Shown: piece after piece, positions 49,260 to 59,348 of the stretch
How the letters are laid out: each line of letters starts with the position of its first letter
How positions within the stretch are numbered: position 1 is the stretch's first letter
DNA from: an uncultured delta proteobacterium
GTDB lineage: Bacteria > Desulfobacterota > Binatia > UBA9968
DNA: 64,000 nucleotides
NCBI GenBank assembly: GCA_963745835.1
Contig: CAVUZH010000013.1
Span: 384,001-448,000, forward strand
Direction: 5' to 3'
The notes under the pieces: model-generated
What the model saw: the letters and a program-made list of their open reading frames with translations, nothing else
The model's database searches: none
Told to the model about the DNA's origin: nothing
Translations under genes and position numbers: made by a program

Positions 49260-50849
49260 ATGACGACTTACGATGCGATTATCATTGGCGGCGGCCATAA
49301 CGGTCTTGCTGCGGCCGCTTATCTTGCCAAAGCCGGAAAAAAAGTGCTGGTGTTGGAGCGCCGCCATGTCCTGGGTGGAGCCGCGGTTACCGAAGAACTC
49401 TATCCCGGTTTCAAATATTCCGTCTGCTCCTACGTAGTAAGCCTATTGCGGCCGGAGGTGATCCAGGAGCTCGAGCTGCCCAGATATGATCTCGAGATCA
49501 TTCCTCTGGATAGCACGTTTACGCCGATGCCCAACGGCGACTATCTAGCCCGCTGGGGCGATCATGCCAGGACACGTCGTGAGATCGCGCGTCATTCCGC
49601 CATCGATGCGGAAGCCTACGAAGAGTACGGCAAGCTCATGGTGCAGATGGCCATGGCGATCAAACCGATGCTTGGCCTGATTCCTCCTGAGCCGACTTCG
49701 TGGAACCCCAAAGAGCTTTATGGACTGGCATCGCTGGGCAATCATTTTCGCCGGCTCGGTGACAAACTAATCTATGACCTTGCAAAGCTCATGACCATGA
49801 GCTCCGCCGATTTTCTTGACGAGTGGTTTGAGACCGAAGTGCTCAAGGCCACCATGTCCGCCAGCGGCATCATCGGTACTTTCATGGGGCCAAGATCACC
49901 GGGCACAGCCTACGTGCTGCTGCACCACTACATGGGTGAGCTCGACGGCGCGTTTCGATCCTGGGGTTTTGCCCGAGGCGGCACTGGTTCCATCAGCCGT
50001 GTGATCGCCGAGGCGGCGCGCCACTATGGCGCAGAGATCAGAACCCAGGCTCCGGTCGATCAAGTGCTAATTAAAAACGGCCGAGCGGTCGGCGTAGCGC
50101 TCAGCACAGGCGAGGAGATTCAAGCGAAGGTAATTGTCTCCAGCGTGGATCCGAAACGAACTTTCTTGAAGATGATCGATTCCGGTCATCTGGAGACAGA
50201 GTTTTTAACCAAGATAAACCAGTTCAAAATTCGCGGCTCGTCGGCAAAGGTCAATCTCTCGCTTGATGCGCTGCCAAATTTCACCAGCCTCCCTGGTGAA
50301 GGACCCCATCTGTCGGGCGCGATCTCGATCAGCCCCAGTATCGAATACATCGAGCACGCCTACGACGATGCTAAGTACGGCGACTACTCACGACGTCCCT
50401 ATATGGACATCATTATTCCATCGACTCTGGATCCTTCGATGGCGCCGCCGGGTAAACATGTCATGTCCGTGTTCGTGCAGTATGCCCCTTATCATTTAAA
50501 AAGTGGGACTTGGGCCGATAAGCGCGAGCAATTCGGCGATACGGTGATAGACACGATTAGCGAATACGCTCCCAATCTAAAAAATATCATCTTGCATCGC
50601 CAAATCGTCACACCCTGGGATCTCGAGGAGGAATTCGGCCTCACCGAGGGAAACATCTTTCAGGGCGAGCTAACCCTCGACCAACTTTTCTTTCTAAGAC
50701 CGGTACCGGGTTGGAGCAAATACCGCACGCCGATTAAGAATCTCTACATGTGCGGCGCCTGTACGCATCCGGGTGGAGGAGTGATGGCCGCATCGGGCCG
50801 GTTGGCAGCACTTGAGATCTTAAAGGATGTAAAAAGGAGCTTCATCTAA
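49260..50849 (+). CDS. Phytoene-desaturase-like (COG1233) FAD oxidoreductase, copy 1
   Basis: IIGGGHNGL, LERR..GGAA, APPGKHV, TPWDLE, GNIFQG, LYMCGACTHPGGGV. Confidence 0.9.
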   Translation: MTTYDAIIIGGGHNGLAAAAYLAKAGKKVLVLERRHVLGGAAVTEELYPGFKYSVCSYVVSLLRPEVIQELELPRYDLEIIPLDSTFTPMPNGDYLARWGDHARTRREIARHSAIDAEAYEEYGKLMVQMAMAIKPMLGLIPPEPTSWNPKELYGLASLGNHFRRLGDKLIYDLAKLMTMSSADFLDEWFETEVLKATMSASGIIGTFMGPRSPGTAYVLLHHYMGELDGAFRSWGFARGGTGSISRVIAEAARHYGAEIRTQAPVDQVLIKNGRAVGVALSTGEEIQAKVIVSSVDPKRTFLKMIDSGHLETEFLTKINQFKIRGSSAKVNLSLDALPNFTSLPGEGPHLSGAISISPSIEYIEHAYDDAKYGDYSRRPYMDIIIPSTLDPSMAPPGKHVMSVFVQYAPYHLKSGTWADKREQFGDTVIDTISEYAPNLKNIILHRQIVTPWDLEEEFGLTEGNIFQGELTLDQLFFLRPVPGWSKYRTPIKNLYMCGACTHPGGGVMAASGRLAALEILKDVKRSFI

Positions 50850-50855
50850 ACCGCC

Positions 50856-52452
50856 GTGCAGCACTATGACGCGATCCTCGTCGGCGCCGGCCATAACGGA
50901 CTGGTTACGGCGGCTTATCTAGCCAGATCAGGTAAAAAGGTATTGGTTTTAGAGCGCCGATTGGTTGTCGGAGGTGTCGCCGCCACCGAAGAAATCTTTC
51001 CAGCTTTCAAGTGCTCTACCGGCGCTCATATTGCCGGGTCATTTTCCCGCGAGATCAGCGCCGAACTTGAACTTCAGAAACATGGACTAAAGCTTCTCTC
51101 TCTCGGTCCACTGGTCTTCGCGCCGCAATTAGACGGCAATTCGCTGCTGATTCCACAAGATCCGGCCAAAACCGTCGAAGAAATCTCCCGGTTTTCGCGC
51201 GCGGATGCCGAAAAATTTCCTTCATTCTGCTCGCTCATTAATAAGCTCGCCGGTTTCCTGCAGGAGCTAAACGGGCTCCCCCTACCCGATGGCACGAGCG
51301 CCGGCAGTTTCAATATTTCGGAGCTGGTTAGAGTTGGTGTGAAATTTCATCGTCTCGGCAAGAAGGAGATGTATGAGTTCCTGCGCATTCTGCCCATGAG
51401 CATTGCCGACCTGTTGGGCGAATGGTTTGAAAACGAAACCCTAAAAGCAGCCATAGCCGGGAGCGCCATTCTGAATTCTTTTGTTGGTCCGCGGGCTCAG
51501 GGAACCGCTTACGTGCTTCTGCATTATTTGTCGCGATCCTCCCACGCTGTCTTTCGCAGCGCCGGCTTCGTTTCCGGCGGCATCAATCAGTTGCCGCAGG
51601 CATTGGCGCGGGCGGCTAGGCAGCATGGCGCGGAAATTCGCACCGAGCGCCGAAGTCGCTCAAATCATCACCCAAAATGGCTCCGCCAAGGGCGTGGTTC
51701 TCAAGAACGGCGATGATATTTCAGCAAGCGTGATCATCTCCAACGCCGATCCAAAGCGGACTCTGCTCCACCTGGTGGAACCGACATATCTCGATCCGCA
51801 CTTCTTGCTGCAAGTTAAAAACATTCGCGCGCGCGGCACCGTCGCCAAAATCAATTTTGCATTGGATACGTTGCCTCAGTTCAAGCCCAAGGCCAATGCA
51901 GCTTCGGGGGCAGAACTAAGCGGCATCGTTCACATCGGCCCTACCGTTGAGTATCTCGAGCGCGCCGCTGACGATGCGAAATATGGCAGATTTTCCAAGC
52001 ACCCCTTTTTAGAAATAACGATTCCGTCCCTCGTCGATCCAACGCTGGCGCCGGCTGGAAAGCACGTTATGTCTGTGTGGATGCAATCGGCGCCCTATCA
52101 TCTCAAAGAAAGCAATTGGAATGATCAGCGCCAAGCGCTTGGTGACAGTGTGACCGATATAATTGAAAGCTATGCGCCCGGATTTAAAAATTCCATCTTG
52201 CACAGGCAGGTGCTAACGCCCCTGGATTTAGAACAAACATTCGGCGTCACCGGCGGTCACCTTGACCACGCGGAACTGGCCCTCGATCAGATCTTTTTTA
52301 TGCGCCCGGTTCCGGGCTGGGCGGGATACCGCACGCCCATCGACAATCTCTACTTGTGCGGCTCCGGGACGCATCGCGGCGGCGGAATCTCGGGCCTACC
52401 CGGCTATTATGCGGCAAAAAAAATCCTGCAGAACTGGCCGCGACAGAACTGA
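50856..52452 (+). CDS. Phytoene-desaturase-like (COG1233) FAD oxidoreductase, copy 2 (frameshift near 51648)
   Basis: ORFs 50856..51716 and 51481..52452 join at GAEIRT/AEVAQI to give a full paralog of copy 1. Confidence 0.85.
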
Positions 52453-52689
52453 TTCTTGTGAGGATTCACAACCCCCTTCTTCTATCTTCGAGAGCCGCCC
52501 TCGGCGTTACGTAAACATAGCAAATAGAGTTGCCGAAAAGCGACAGATTCTCGGTAACCTGAAGGCAGGTAAGTTTAAAGGGACAACGACTCACGGGACG
52601 CACTGCAGAGTGTAACGTGCTGTGGAGCAGCCGTTGAATGCTTTCCCGGAACCCAAACAACTATATGACAGGCACTAGCGGACCGAAAT

Positions 52690-52948
52690 TTGGCAACTCT
52701 GGTGCTTGCCGCGGGCGATTTCGGCCGTCCCTATGTGATGCCGCCGAACACACCGGCGGAACACATCAAGACAATCCGTGAGGCGCTTGCGAAAACTTTA
52801 AACGACGAAGCCGTCAAAACCGACGCGGCGAAGAAGAAACTAGAACTTGATCCCGTCCTCCGCTAAGGAGCTAGAAAAACTCGCGAAGGAAGTGACCAGC
52901 CAGCCGCCAGATATCATCGCCAAGATGAAAACGCTGTTGGCAAAATGA
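52690..52948 (+). pseudogene. C-terminal relic of a TctC/Bug binding protein
   Basis: Manual read LVLAAGDFGRPYVMPPNTPAEHIKTIREALAKTLND..KLELDP/SSAKELEKLAKEV..IAKMKTLL*, similar to the C-termini at 2938 and 9524; no N-terminal part seen. Confidence 0.75.
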
Positions 52949-53492
52949 TCTGATTGTTCATCCGGAGACCCGCTGCGATGCCGCACGGTCTCCGACTACG
53001 TTGTGGAGCGCAGATTTGAACAGGCAAAGAGCGTTTAAACCTGTGCGCATAGGCGCATAGGTCCCACAGCCCGGCGCCGATCTCGCCCGGTCGTCTCATC
53101 CTAAGATATCCTGACGAGGCACTGCCGATTTATTTAGTCGTCGAGTCAGAGCTCAGCTACCGGGCTTCGAAGCGCCCGGAAGCTTAAACCGACCAATTAC
53201 GGTAGAGTCCCTGGCGGCTCTGGATTCAATGAATTGATCGCGAGTCCAAAACGGTTTGGCTAACCGAGGAAAAGCTGTTTTCGGAAAGATCGGTGACTGG
53301 CATGCCGCGGATGATGTCATTGATTTTTTCTGCTAACATTTGAACGATATTCACTAGATGGAAACATTTTCGCCGTCGGCCAGCTTCATGGGCTATAACT
53401 TGCCTGTCAACGAGACCCTCGGCAGAGTTCCCTTTATCGAAATAGCTATCCCAATCCAAGCAATATTTCGCATTCCGAAACGTCCAACCAGA

Positions 53493-53879
53493 ATGGATTA
53501 TTTTTGCTTGATCAGAAATTACCTCGGGATCCTAGCTCTCGTTCCGCTCCTGCTAGCCGGAACTCAGTTTGCCGATGCCGCATCTGCATCTGCCGGTGAA
53601 ACTCAAAAAATAGAGGCACTGATCCAAGATGTGAGAAACTTAAAAGACGCGACCTTTATCCGTAATGGCTCTAGTTACAGTTCCGAAAGCGCGGCTATCT
53701 TCCTGCGGCGCAAATGGCAAGCCAATCAGTCCGAAGTAAAAACGGCGCGTGATTTTATCGATAAAGTCGCCAGTTTTTCCGGGACATCCGGGAAGCCTTA
53801 CTTAATTCGTTTTAAAGTTGGCAGAGAAATCCACAGTCGCGACTTTCTGCTCGCTAGACTAAAATCCGTAGAGGGCTGA
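53493..53879 (+). CDS. DUF5329/YfeK-like exported protein
   Basis: Signal peptide, KIEALI, FIRNGSSY, LRRKW, TARDFIDKVAS.S..SGKPY. Confidence 0.8.
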   Translation: MDYFCLIRNYLGILALVPLLLAGTQFADAASASAGETQKIEALIQDVRNLKDATFIRNGSSYSSESAAIFLRRKWQANQSEVKTARDFIDKVASFSGTSGKPYLIRFKVGREIHSRDFLLARLKSVEG

Positions 53880-53891
53880 TAATGTTCAAGT

Positions 53892-54233
53892 ATGTCGGTC
53901 CTGGTGAAAACCACATTGCTGCTCGCAGCCTCGAACGTCTTTATGACTTTCGCTTGGTACGCCCACCTAAATAATCTAAATGATCGAAAGTGGTACATTG
54001 CCGCCATAGCCAGTTGGGGGATAGCCCTCTTCGAATACCTGCTACAGGTGCCGGCAAACCGGATCGGCTACACTCAGTTCAGTCTCGCACAATTAAAGAT
54101 AACTCAGGAAGTAATCACGCTTTCAGTGTTTGTACCGTTTGCGGTGTTCTATATGCGCGAGCCGATCAAGCTCGACTATTTATGGGCGGGCCTATGCTTG
54201 TCAGGTGCCGTTTACTTCATCTTTCGGTCTTGA
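53892..54233 (+). CDS. DMT family (DUF486) small membrane protein
   Basis: SNVFMTFAWYAHL, SWGIALFEY..QVPANRIG, QLKITQEVITL. Confidence 0.92.
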   Translation: MSVLVKTTLLLAASNVFMTFAWYAHLNNLNDRKWYIAAIASWGIALFEYLLQVPANRIGYTQFSLAQLKITQEVITLSVFVPFAVFYMREPIKLDYLWAGLCLSGAVYFIFRS

Positions 54234-54238
54234 TGCGG

Positions 54239-55180
54239 TTAATTCTCTTGTGTGCCGAGAAATCTCTCCGCATCGATGGATGCCATACAACCGGTGCCGG
54301 CGGCGGTAACGGCTTGGCGGTAAACATGATCCTGCACATCGCCGCACGCAAACACGCCAGGGATATTGGTCTGAGTGCCGTCATGAGTCAAGATATATCC
54401 GAGCGGATCTAGTTCTAGTTGCCCGACAAACAGCTTTGAGTTGGGCTCGTGGCCGATTGCGATAAATACCCCGTCAACTTTGAGGTCCTCCGACTTACCG
54501 GTCTTGAGGTTCTTAAGCCTAACGCCCTTTACGCCACCGTTTTTAGGGTCGCCATAAATCTCATCAACAGCGCTATCCCAGGTAAATGAAATTTTCGAAT
54601 TCTTTTTAGCGCGATCCTGCATAATTTTTGACGCGCGCAGAGCGTCGCGTCGATGCACGACGTTAACGCTTGACGCAAACTTTGTCAGAAACGTTGCCTC
54701 TTCCATCGCTGTATCACCGCCGCCAACGACTACCAGGTCCTTGTCTTTAAAAAAGAACCCATCGCAGGTGGCGCAGGCCGAGACGCCATGGCCCATCAGT
54801 TTGCTTTCAGATTCTAGTCCCAACAATTTGGCGGTCGCGCCGGTGGCCACGATCAAAGCCTCGCATGTAAACGCGTCCCGACCGGCGACGAGTTTGAACG
54901 GCCGTTGTTTGAGATCGACCGAGGTGACCTCGCCGAATATCACCTCCGTTCCGAAACGCACGGCTTGTTTCTTGAACGCTTCCATTAGCTCCGGGCCCAT
55001 GATCCCATCCGGAAACCCAGGGTAGTTTTCAACATCGGTCGTGATAGTGAGCTGGCCTCCGGGTTGAACCCCTTCAATAACGAGCGGCTCGAGATTGGCG
55101 CGGGCGGCGTAGATCGCGGCAGTAAGACCGGCGGCGCCGGAGCCGAGAATGATGAGACGGTAGTGACTTTTTTTCTCCAT
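54239..55180 (-). CDS. trxB: Thioredoxin reductase
   Basis: [44 protein letters not shown]; true start MEKKSHY. Confidence 0.96.
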   Translation of the reverse strand: MEKKSHYRLIILGSGAAGLTAAIYAARANLEPLVIEGVQPGGQLTITTDVENYPGFPDGIMGPELMEAFKKQAVRFGTEVIFGEVTSVDLKQRPFKLVAGRDAFTCEALIVATGATAKLLGLESESKLMGHGVSACATCDGFFFKDKDLVVVGGGDTAMEEATFLTKFASSVNVVHRRDALRASKIMQDRAKKNSKISFTWDSAVDEIYGDPKNGGVKGVRLKNLKTGKSEDLKVDGVFIAIGHEPNSKLFVGQLELDPLGYILTHDGTQTNIPGVFACGDVQDHVYRQAVTAAGTGCMASIDAERFLGTQEN

Positions 55181-55226
55181 GCGGTTTCTGTAACATAAAA
55201 GCCCAAGGGGAGAAAGCAAGCGGATC

Positions 55227-55712
55227 ATGAGAAAGTTAAGCCACTTAGACGAGCAGGGACGCGCCAGAATGGTCGATGTCAGCGACAAGGCGGTAAGCCG
55301 ACGAATCGCTGTTGCCCGTGGAGCAATTAAAATGCGGCCGGAAACTTTGGCCCTTATACTGGAAGACAAAATTGAAAAAGGAGACGTCTTTTCCGTCGCC
55401 AGAGTGGCTGGCATCATGGCCGCAAAAAAGACTTCAGAATTAATCCCGATGTGCCATCCGCTGAACATCACCTCGGTGAAGATCAACCTAAACCCACAGG
55501 AAAACCCAGCTCGTGTCGAAATTGAAGCCGCGGTCCGCGTCGACGGCAAGACCGGCGTCGAAATGGAGGCGATGACGGCAGTATGCGTGGCTGGGCTGAC
55601 GATTTATGACATGTGCAAAGCCGTCGACCGCGAAATGTCGATTAGCGAAATTCGCCTGGTAGAAAAAAGCGGCGGAAAAAGCGGCGTCTTTATTCGCGAC
55701 GAACAGCCATAG
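55227..55712 (+). CDS. moaC: Cyclic pyranopterin monophosphate synthase
   Basis: [40 protein letters not shown]. Confidence 0.97.
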   Translation: MRKLSHLDEQGRARMVDVSDKAVSRRIAVARGAIKMRPETLALILEDKIEKGDVFSVARVAGIMAAKKTSELIPMCHPLNITSVKINLNPQENPARVEIEAAVRVDGKTGVEMEAMTAVCVAGLTIYDMCKAVDREMSISEIRLVEKSGGKSGVFIRDEQP

Positions 55713-55805
55713 ACCAACTGTTACTTGGCGCAACGCCGGTCAGAAACAATCATAGCTCTCCTACTTCTCGCCTTATTCTGATAGCCATTTCGAATCTTTT
55801 ACCCC

Positions 55806-56981
55806 ATGCAGCGGATCTTTTTAAAAAAAGGCCGAGAGGCTCCCATACTCCGCGGGCACCCGTGGATCTTTTCGGGGGCCATCGAGAAAGTTGAAGGCGA
55901 CGATGAAAATGTCGGTGTAGCCGATATATTCGACAGCCAGAAAACCTGGATCGCCCGCGGTCTTTCGAATGTGAAGTCGCAGATCCGGGTGCGCGTTGTG
56001 ACTTGGAAAAAAGAATCCATCGATCGAGCGTTCTTTTCACGCCGCTTATCTCAGGCTCTTTCTCTCAGAGAGAGATATCTTTCCGCTACAACCAATGCGT
56101 ACCGATTAATCAACGGCGAGGGGGATTTTTTGCCGGGCTTGATCGTCGATCGTTATGACGATTTTCTTGTCTGCCAATTTTTCACCGCCGGCATGGAAAT
56201 GTTCAAAGCTGATATCATCGACGCGCTTAACGATCTCGTCGATGTTAAAGGCATCTCTGAACGAAGCGAGGGCAAAGTGCGTGCCGAAGAAGGTCTCGAA
56301 CCGGCTGTCGGCGGGTTGGCCGGCGAAACACCACCCGAGACGGTCTCGATTGTGGAGAACCGGAAAAAATTCCTCGTTGATGTGAAGGGAGGACAGAAGA
56401 CGGGCTTTTTTCTCGACCAGAGAGACAACCGCGCCTTTCTTTTAACCCTCGCTCGGGATCGGAGAATATTGAATTCTTTCTCCTATACCGGCGCTTTCTC
56501 GGTGTACGGCTTTGACGGCGGCGCAAAAAGCGTTATCACGCTTGATTCCTCGCGCCCAGCGCTCGAATTGGCTGAACAAAATTTGGCTCTTAACGGATTT
56601 GATAGCGCCGAAGGAGAGCTTCTTAAAGGCGATGCATTTACATACTTGAAAGAATCCGACTTAAACTTCGATCTGATTGTTCTCGATCCTCCTTCTTTGG
56701 CGCCCCGGCGTAGCGATATCAACGCCGCCACGGGTGCTTACAAATTTCTCAACCTTCACGCGTTGAAGCACTTAGATCCCGGCGGCATCCTTCTGACCTT
56801 TTCCTGTTCACAGCATCTCACCGCGGACCTGTTCCAGAAGGTGGTCTTCGGCGCCGCCGTCGATGCCGGACGTAAAGTCACCATTCTAGGAAAGCTTGGC
56901 CATTCCATGGATCACCCCGTAAGCCTGCATCATCCGGAAGGAGATTACTTGAAGGGGCTTGCGTTACGAGTGTTGGACTAG
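55806..56981 (+). CDS. rlmI: RlmI/RlmK-family SAM-dependent rRNA methyltransferase
   Basis: GHPWIFSG, EGDFLPGLIVDRY, GQKTGFFLDQRDNR, FSYTG, LDPP, FSCS, PEGDYLKG. Confidence 0.88.
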   Translation: MQRIFLKKGREAPILRGHPWIFSGAIEKVEGDDENVGVADIFDSQKTWIARGLSNVKSQIRVRVVTWKKESIDRAFFSRRLSQALSLRERYLSATTNAYRLINGEGDFLPGLIVDRYDDFLVCQFFTAGMEMFKADIIDALNDLVDVKGISERSEGKVRAEEGLEPAVGGLAGETPPETVSIVENRKKFLVDVKGGQKTGFFLDQRDNRAFLLTLARDRRILNSFSYTGAFSVYGFDGGAKSVITLDSSRPALELAEQNLALNGFDSAEGELLKGDAFTYLKESDLNFDLIVLDPPSLAPRRSDINAATGAYKFLNLHALKHLDPGGILLTFSCSQHLTADLFQKVVFGAAVDAGRKVTILGKLGHSMDHPVSLHHPEGDYLKGLALRVLD

Positions 56982-57041
56982 TACTCGGGCGCTGTGCTAG
57001 AGCTGCGTTGCCGGTCAAACAACATCCAGCGGCGAGGTGTC

Positions 57042-57734
57042 ATGGCTCCTTACCAAACCATCAAAGATTGGCCCGCGGAGGATCGTCCCAGAGAAAAGCT
57101 CCTAGCCAGAGGACCGCAGGCTTTGAGCAATACCGAGCTCTTGGCGATCATCCTACGAAACGGCAATGCCAGCACCGGTGAGAGCGCCATCGATCACGCG
57201 CGGCTGCTGCTCGACCGATTTGGCGGTCTCAAGGGAATGGACGAGGCAGCCGGCAGCGAGTTGGGTAAGGTCAAGGGAATCGGGCCGGCAAAGATAGCCC
57301 AAATCAAAGCCTCCTTGGAGCTTGCACGCCGCATCGGCGGTCAGAGATGGGAGCCCGGTCAATCGCTGCGCTCATCCGAAGACGTTTTCCGTCATTTTCG
57401 CCACGATCTGGAAAGAGAGAAGCGGGAACTTTTCTACGTCGTTTTATTAAACAACAAGAACAAGAAAATCCGCGACGTGAAGATCTCTGAAGGCTCTCTA
57501 ACGGCATCACTGGTTCATCCACGCGAGGTCTACAATCCGGTCATCCGCGAATCAGCGGCTGCCGTCATATTTGTTCACAACCACCCCAGCGGCGATCCGG
57601 CGCCAAGCCCTGAAGACATCGAGATAACGCGCCGCTTAAAGGAAGTCGGCGATGTCATGGGCGTGCGCGTCCTCGACCACGTCGTCATCGGTCAAGACCG
57701 ATATTTCAGTTTCAACGACAAAGGAATGCTCTAG
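57042..57734 (+). CDS. radC: RadC/UPF0758 JAB-domain protein
   Basis: RPREKL, ELLAIILR, HhH GIGPAK, VHPREV, HNHPSGDP.PS.ED, VLDHVVI. Confidence 0.95.
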   Translation: MAPYQTIKDWPAEDRPREKLLARGPQALSNTELLAIILRNGNASTGESAIDHARLLLDRFGGLKGMDEAAGSELGKVKGIGPAKIAQIKASLELARRIGGQRWEPGQSLRSSEDVFRHFRHDLEREKRELFYVVLLNNKNKKIRDVKISEGSLTASLVHPREVYNPVIRESAAAVIFVHNHPSGDPAPSPEDIEITRRLKEVGDVMGVRVLDHVVIGQDRYFSFNDKGML

Positions 57735-57886
57735 CCGTTCTTGACATTTGAGCGCAAAGCTCCATCCGATTCAGAGCGAATCGACCAACTTTATGTCTTA
57801 AACCGTAAAGTTTCGTTGACAAGATCATGCCAGCCGTTTATTTTGTTGCGAACAACTCTTTCCAAACTGCTTAAAAAGTCTATTGA

Positions 57887-59317
57887 ATGAGCGCTCTTGA
57901 AATCGGCCGCCCCCCCAGACGCGCTGCCTTGCCCGGCAATCTTCTTGTTGTTTTACTTGTCGCAGGTCTGATCGCGGGTGGATACTTTCTCATTCCGCGC
58001 TTTGAATGGAAATCCCCGCAGATCAAGCTCACTCCTGACGCGGAAACCCTTGGGCTTGGCGATCTTGAAATTGATATCAGCGAGCAAGGCACCGGTTTAA
58101 AATCTGTCAGCGCTTCTCTCACCGCCGGCGGCAAAGAGCATTCTCTGGCTGCGGAAGAATACGATCAGCCGTTGATGCAGAAAAAGATTACTATCGCGCT
58201 ATCCTCGAAGCTAACCGGCCTCAAGGAAGGGCCGGCGATTTTGCGCGTTAGCGCCCGTGATCGATCGTTATGGAGTTTTTTTCGGGGCAACGAAACCGTG
58301 CTGCAAAAAAACCTGACGATTGATATCACGCCGCCGACCATCGAGCTGATTGCCGATGACGCCTACGTCAACTTTGGCGGCACCGCACTAGTGGCTTATA
58401 AACCCTCAGCAGACACGGTCAGCACCGGCGTAAAGATTGGTCATCATTTTTTTCCCGGATACAAGGGGCAAACAAAAGATCCCAGCATCTATCTGGCTTT
58501 CTTCGCTCACCCTTACGACACACCGGAGACCGAGAAAGCAACTCTTGTGGCCACCGACAAGGCCGGCAATGCCCGACAGATGGCGCTTGGCTATACACTC
58601 AAGGGCGTTAAGTACAGGAAGAGCACGATTCCGGTTTCAGAGGAGTTCATTAACGGTAAAGTCGCGCCGTTGATCAATGATGTGGGTGCCCGGCAAGGCA
58701 GCGCCAAGGAACTGTTTGTCAAGGTGAACCGCGACATTCGTAAAGAGAACGAGGACAAGATTAAAGCGGTCACCCAAAAAACCGCAGGCTCGATGCTCTG
58801 GAGCGGCCCATTTAACCAGCTAACCAATTCCAAGGTTGAAGCGAACTTTGCCGACGCCAGGACGTACGTTTATAAGAACGAGACCATCGACCATGCGTAT
58901 CACCTGGGCTTTGATCTGTCGGTCACCAAGAGATATCCGGTGGAAGCCGCCAACAGCGGTGTTGTGGGTTTCATCGGTGATTTAGGAATTTACGGAAACA
59001 CCGTGATTCTCGATCACGGCTTGGGGCTTGCGACGCTTTATTCACACCTGAGCTCCATCGACGTCAAACCGGGTGAGCAAATCAAAAAGGCACAAATTCT
59101 CGGCAAAACCGGTGAAACCGGCTTGGCAGTCGGCGATCACCTGCACTACGGCGTCTATTTAAACGGCATCGCCGTGCTGCCATTGGAGTGGTGGGACGAG
59201 AAATGGTTACGTGACAACATATATCCCAAGCTCCAGTCTTCCACTGCCGAGAGCGATGTTGTAGCAAAAGCCGAAGCCAAGCCTGCCGCAAAAAAAACCA
59301 GCCGCCGTCGGCGCTAG
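57887..59317 (+). CDS. M23 family peptidoglycan endopeptidase
   Basis: N-terminal TM, HLGFD, YGNTVILDHG, LYSHL, HLHYG. Confidence 0.92.
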   Translation: MSALEIGRPPRRAALPGNLLVVLLVAGLIAGGYFLIPRFEWKSPQIKLTPDAETLGLGDLEIDISEQGTGLKSVSASLTAGGKEHSLAAEEYDQPLMQKKITIALSSKLTGLKEGPAILRVSARDRSLWSFFRGNETVLQKNLTIDITPPTIELIADDAYVNFGGTALVAYKPSADTVSTGVKIGHHFFPGYKGQTKDPSIYLAFFAHPYDTPETEKATLVATDKAGNARQMALGYTLKGVKYRKSTIPVSEEFINGKVAPLINDVGARQGSAKELFVKVNRDIRKENEDKIKAVTQKTAGSMLWSGPFNQLTNSKVEANFADARTYVYKNETIDHAYHLGFDLSVTKRYPVEAANSGVVGFIGDLGIYGNTVILDHGLGLATLYSHLSSIDVKPGEQIKKAQILGKTGETGLAVGDHLHYGVYLNGIAVLPLEWWDEKWLRDNIYPKLQSSTAESDVVAKAEAKPAAKKTSRRRR

Positions 59318-59348
59318 CCATTCCACGTATCGGGTCCAACCAAGCGCT

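Noticed and set aside
49260-52452. Carotenoid biosynthesis cluster
   Set aside because: No phytoene synthase, GGPP synthase or cyclase; the neighbor is a GcvT-like gene
52960-53460. Small ORFs or an ncRNA between the TctC relic and the DUF5329-like gene
   Set aside because: Only short hairpins and motif-less ORFs; nothing I can support
55181-55549. Long N-terminal extension of TrxB (also the extensions on ORFs 2728, 16327, 29992 and 53358)
   Set aside because: They overlap neighboring genes or lack an RBS; internal ATG starts match family N-termini
57042-57734. radC as a marker of a mobile element
   Set aside because: It is the full-length chromosomal form with HhH, in a housekeeping context with no integrase or transposase
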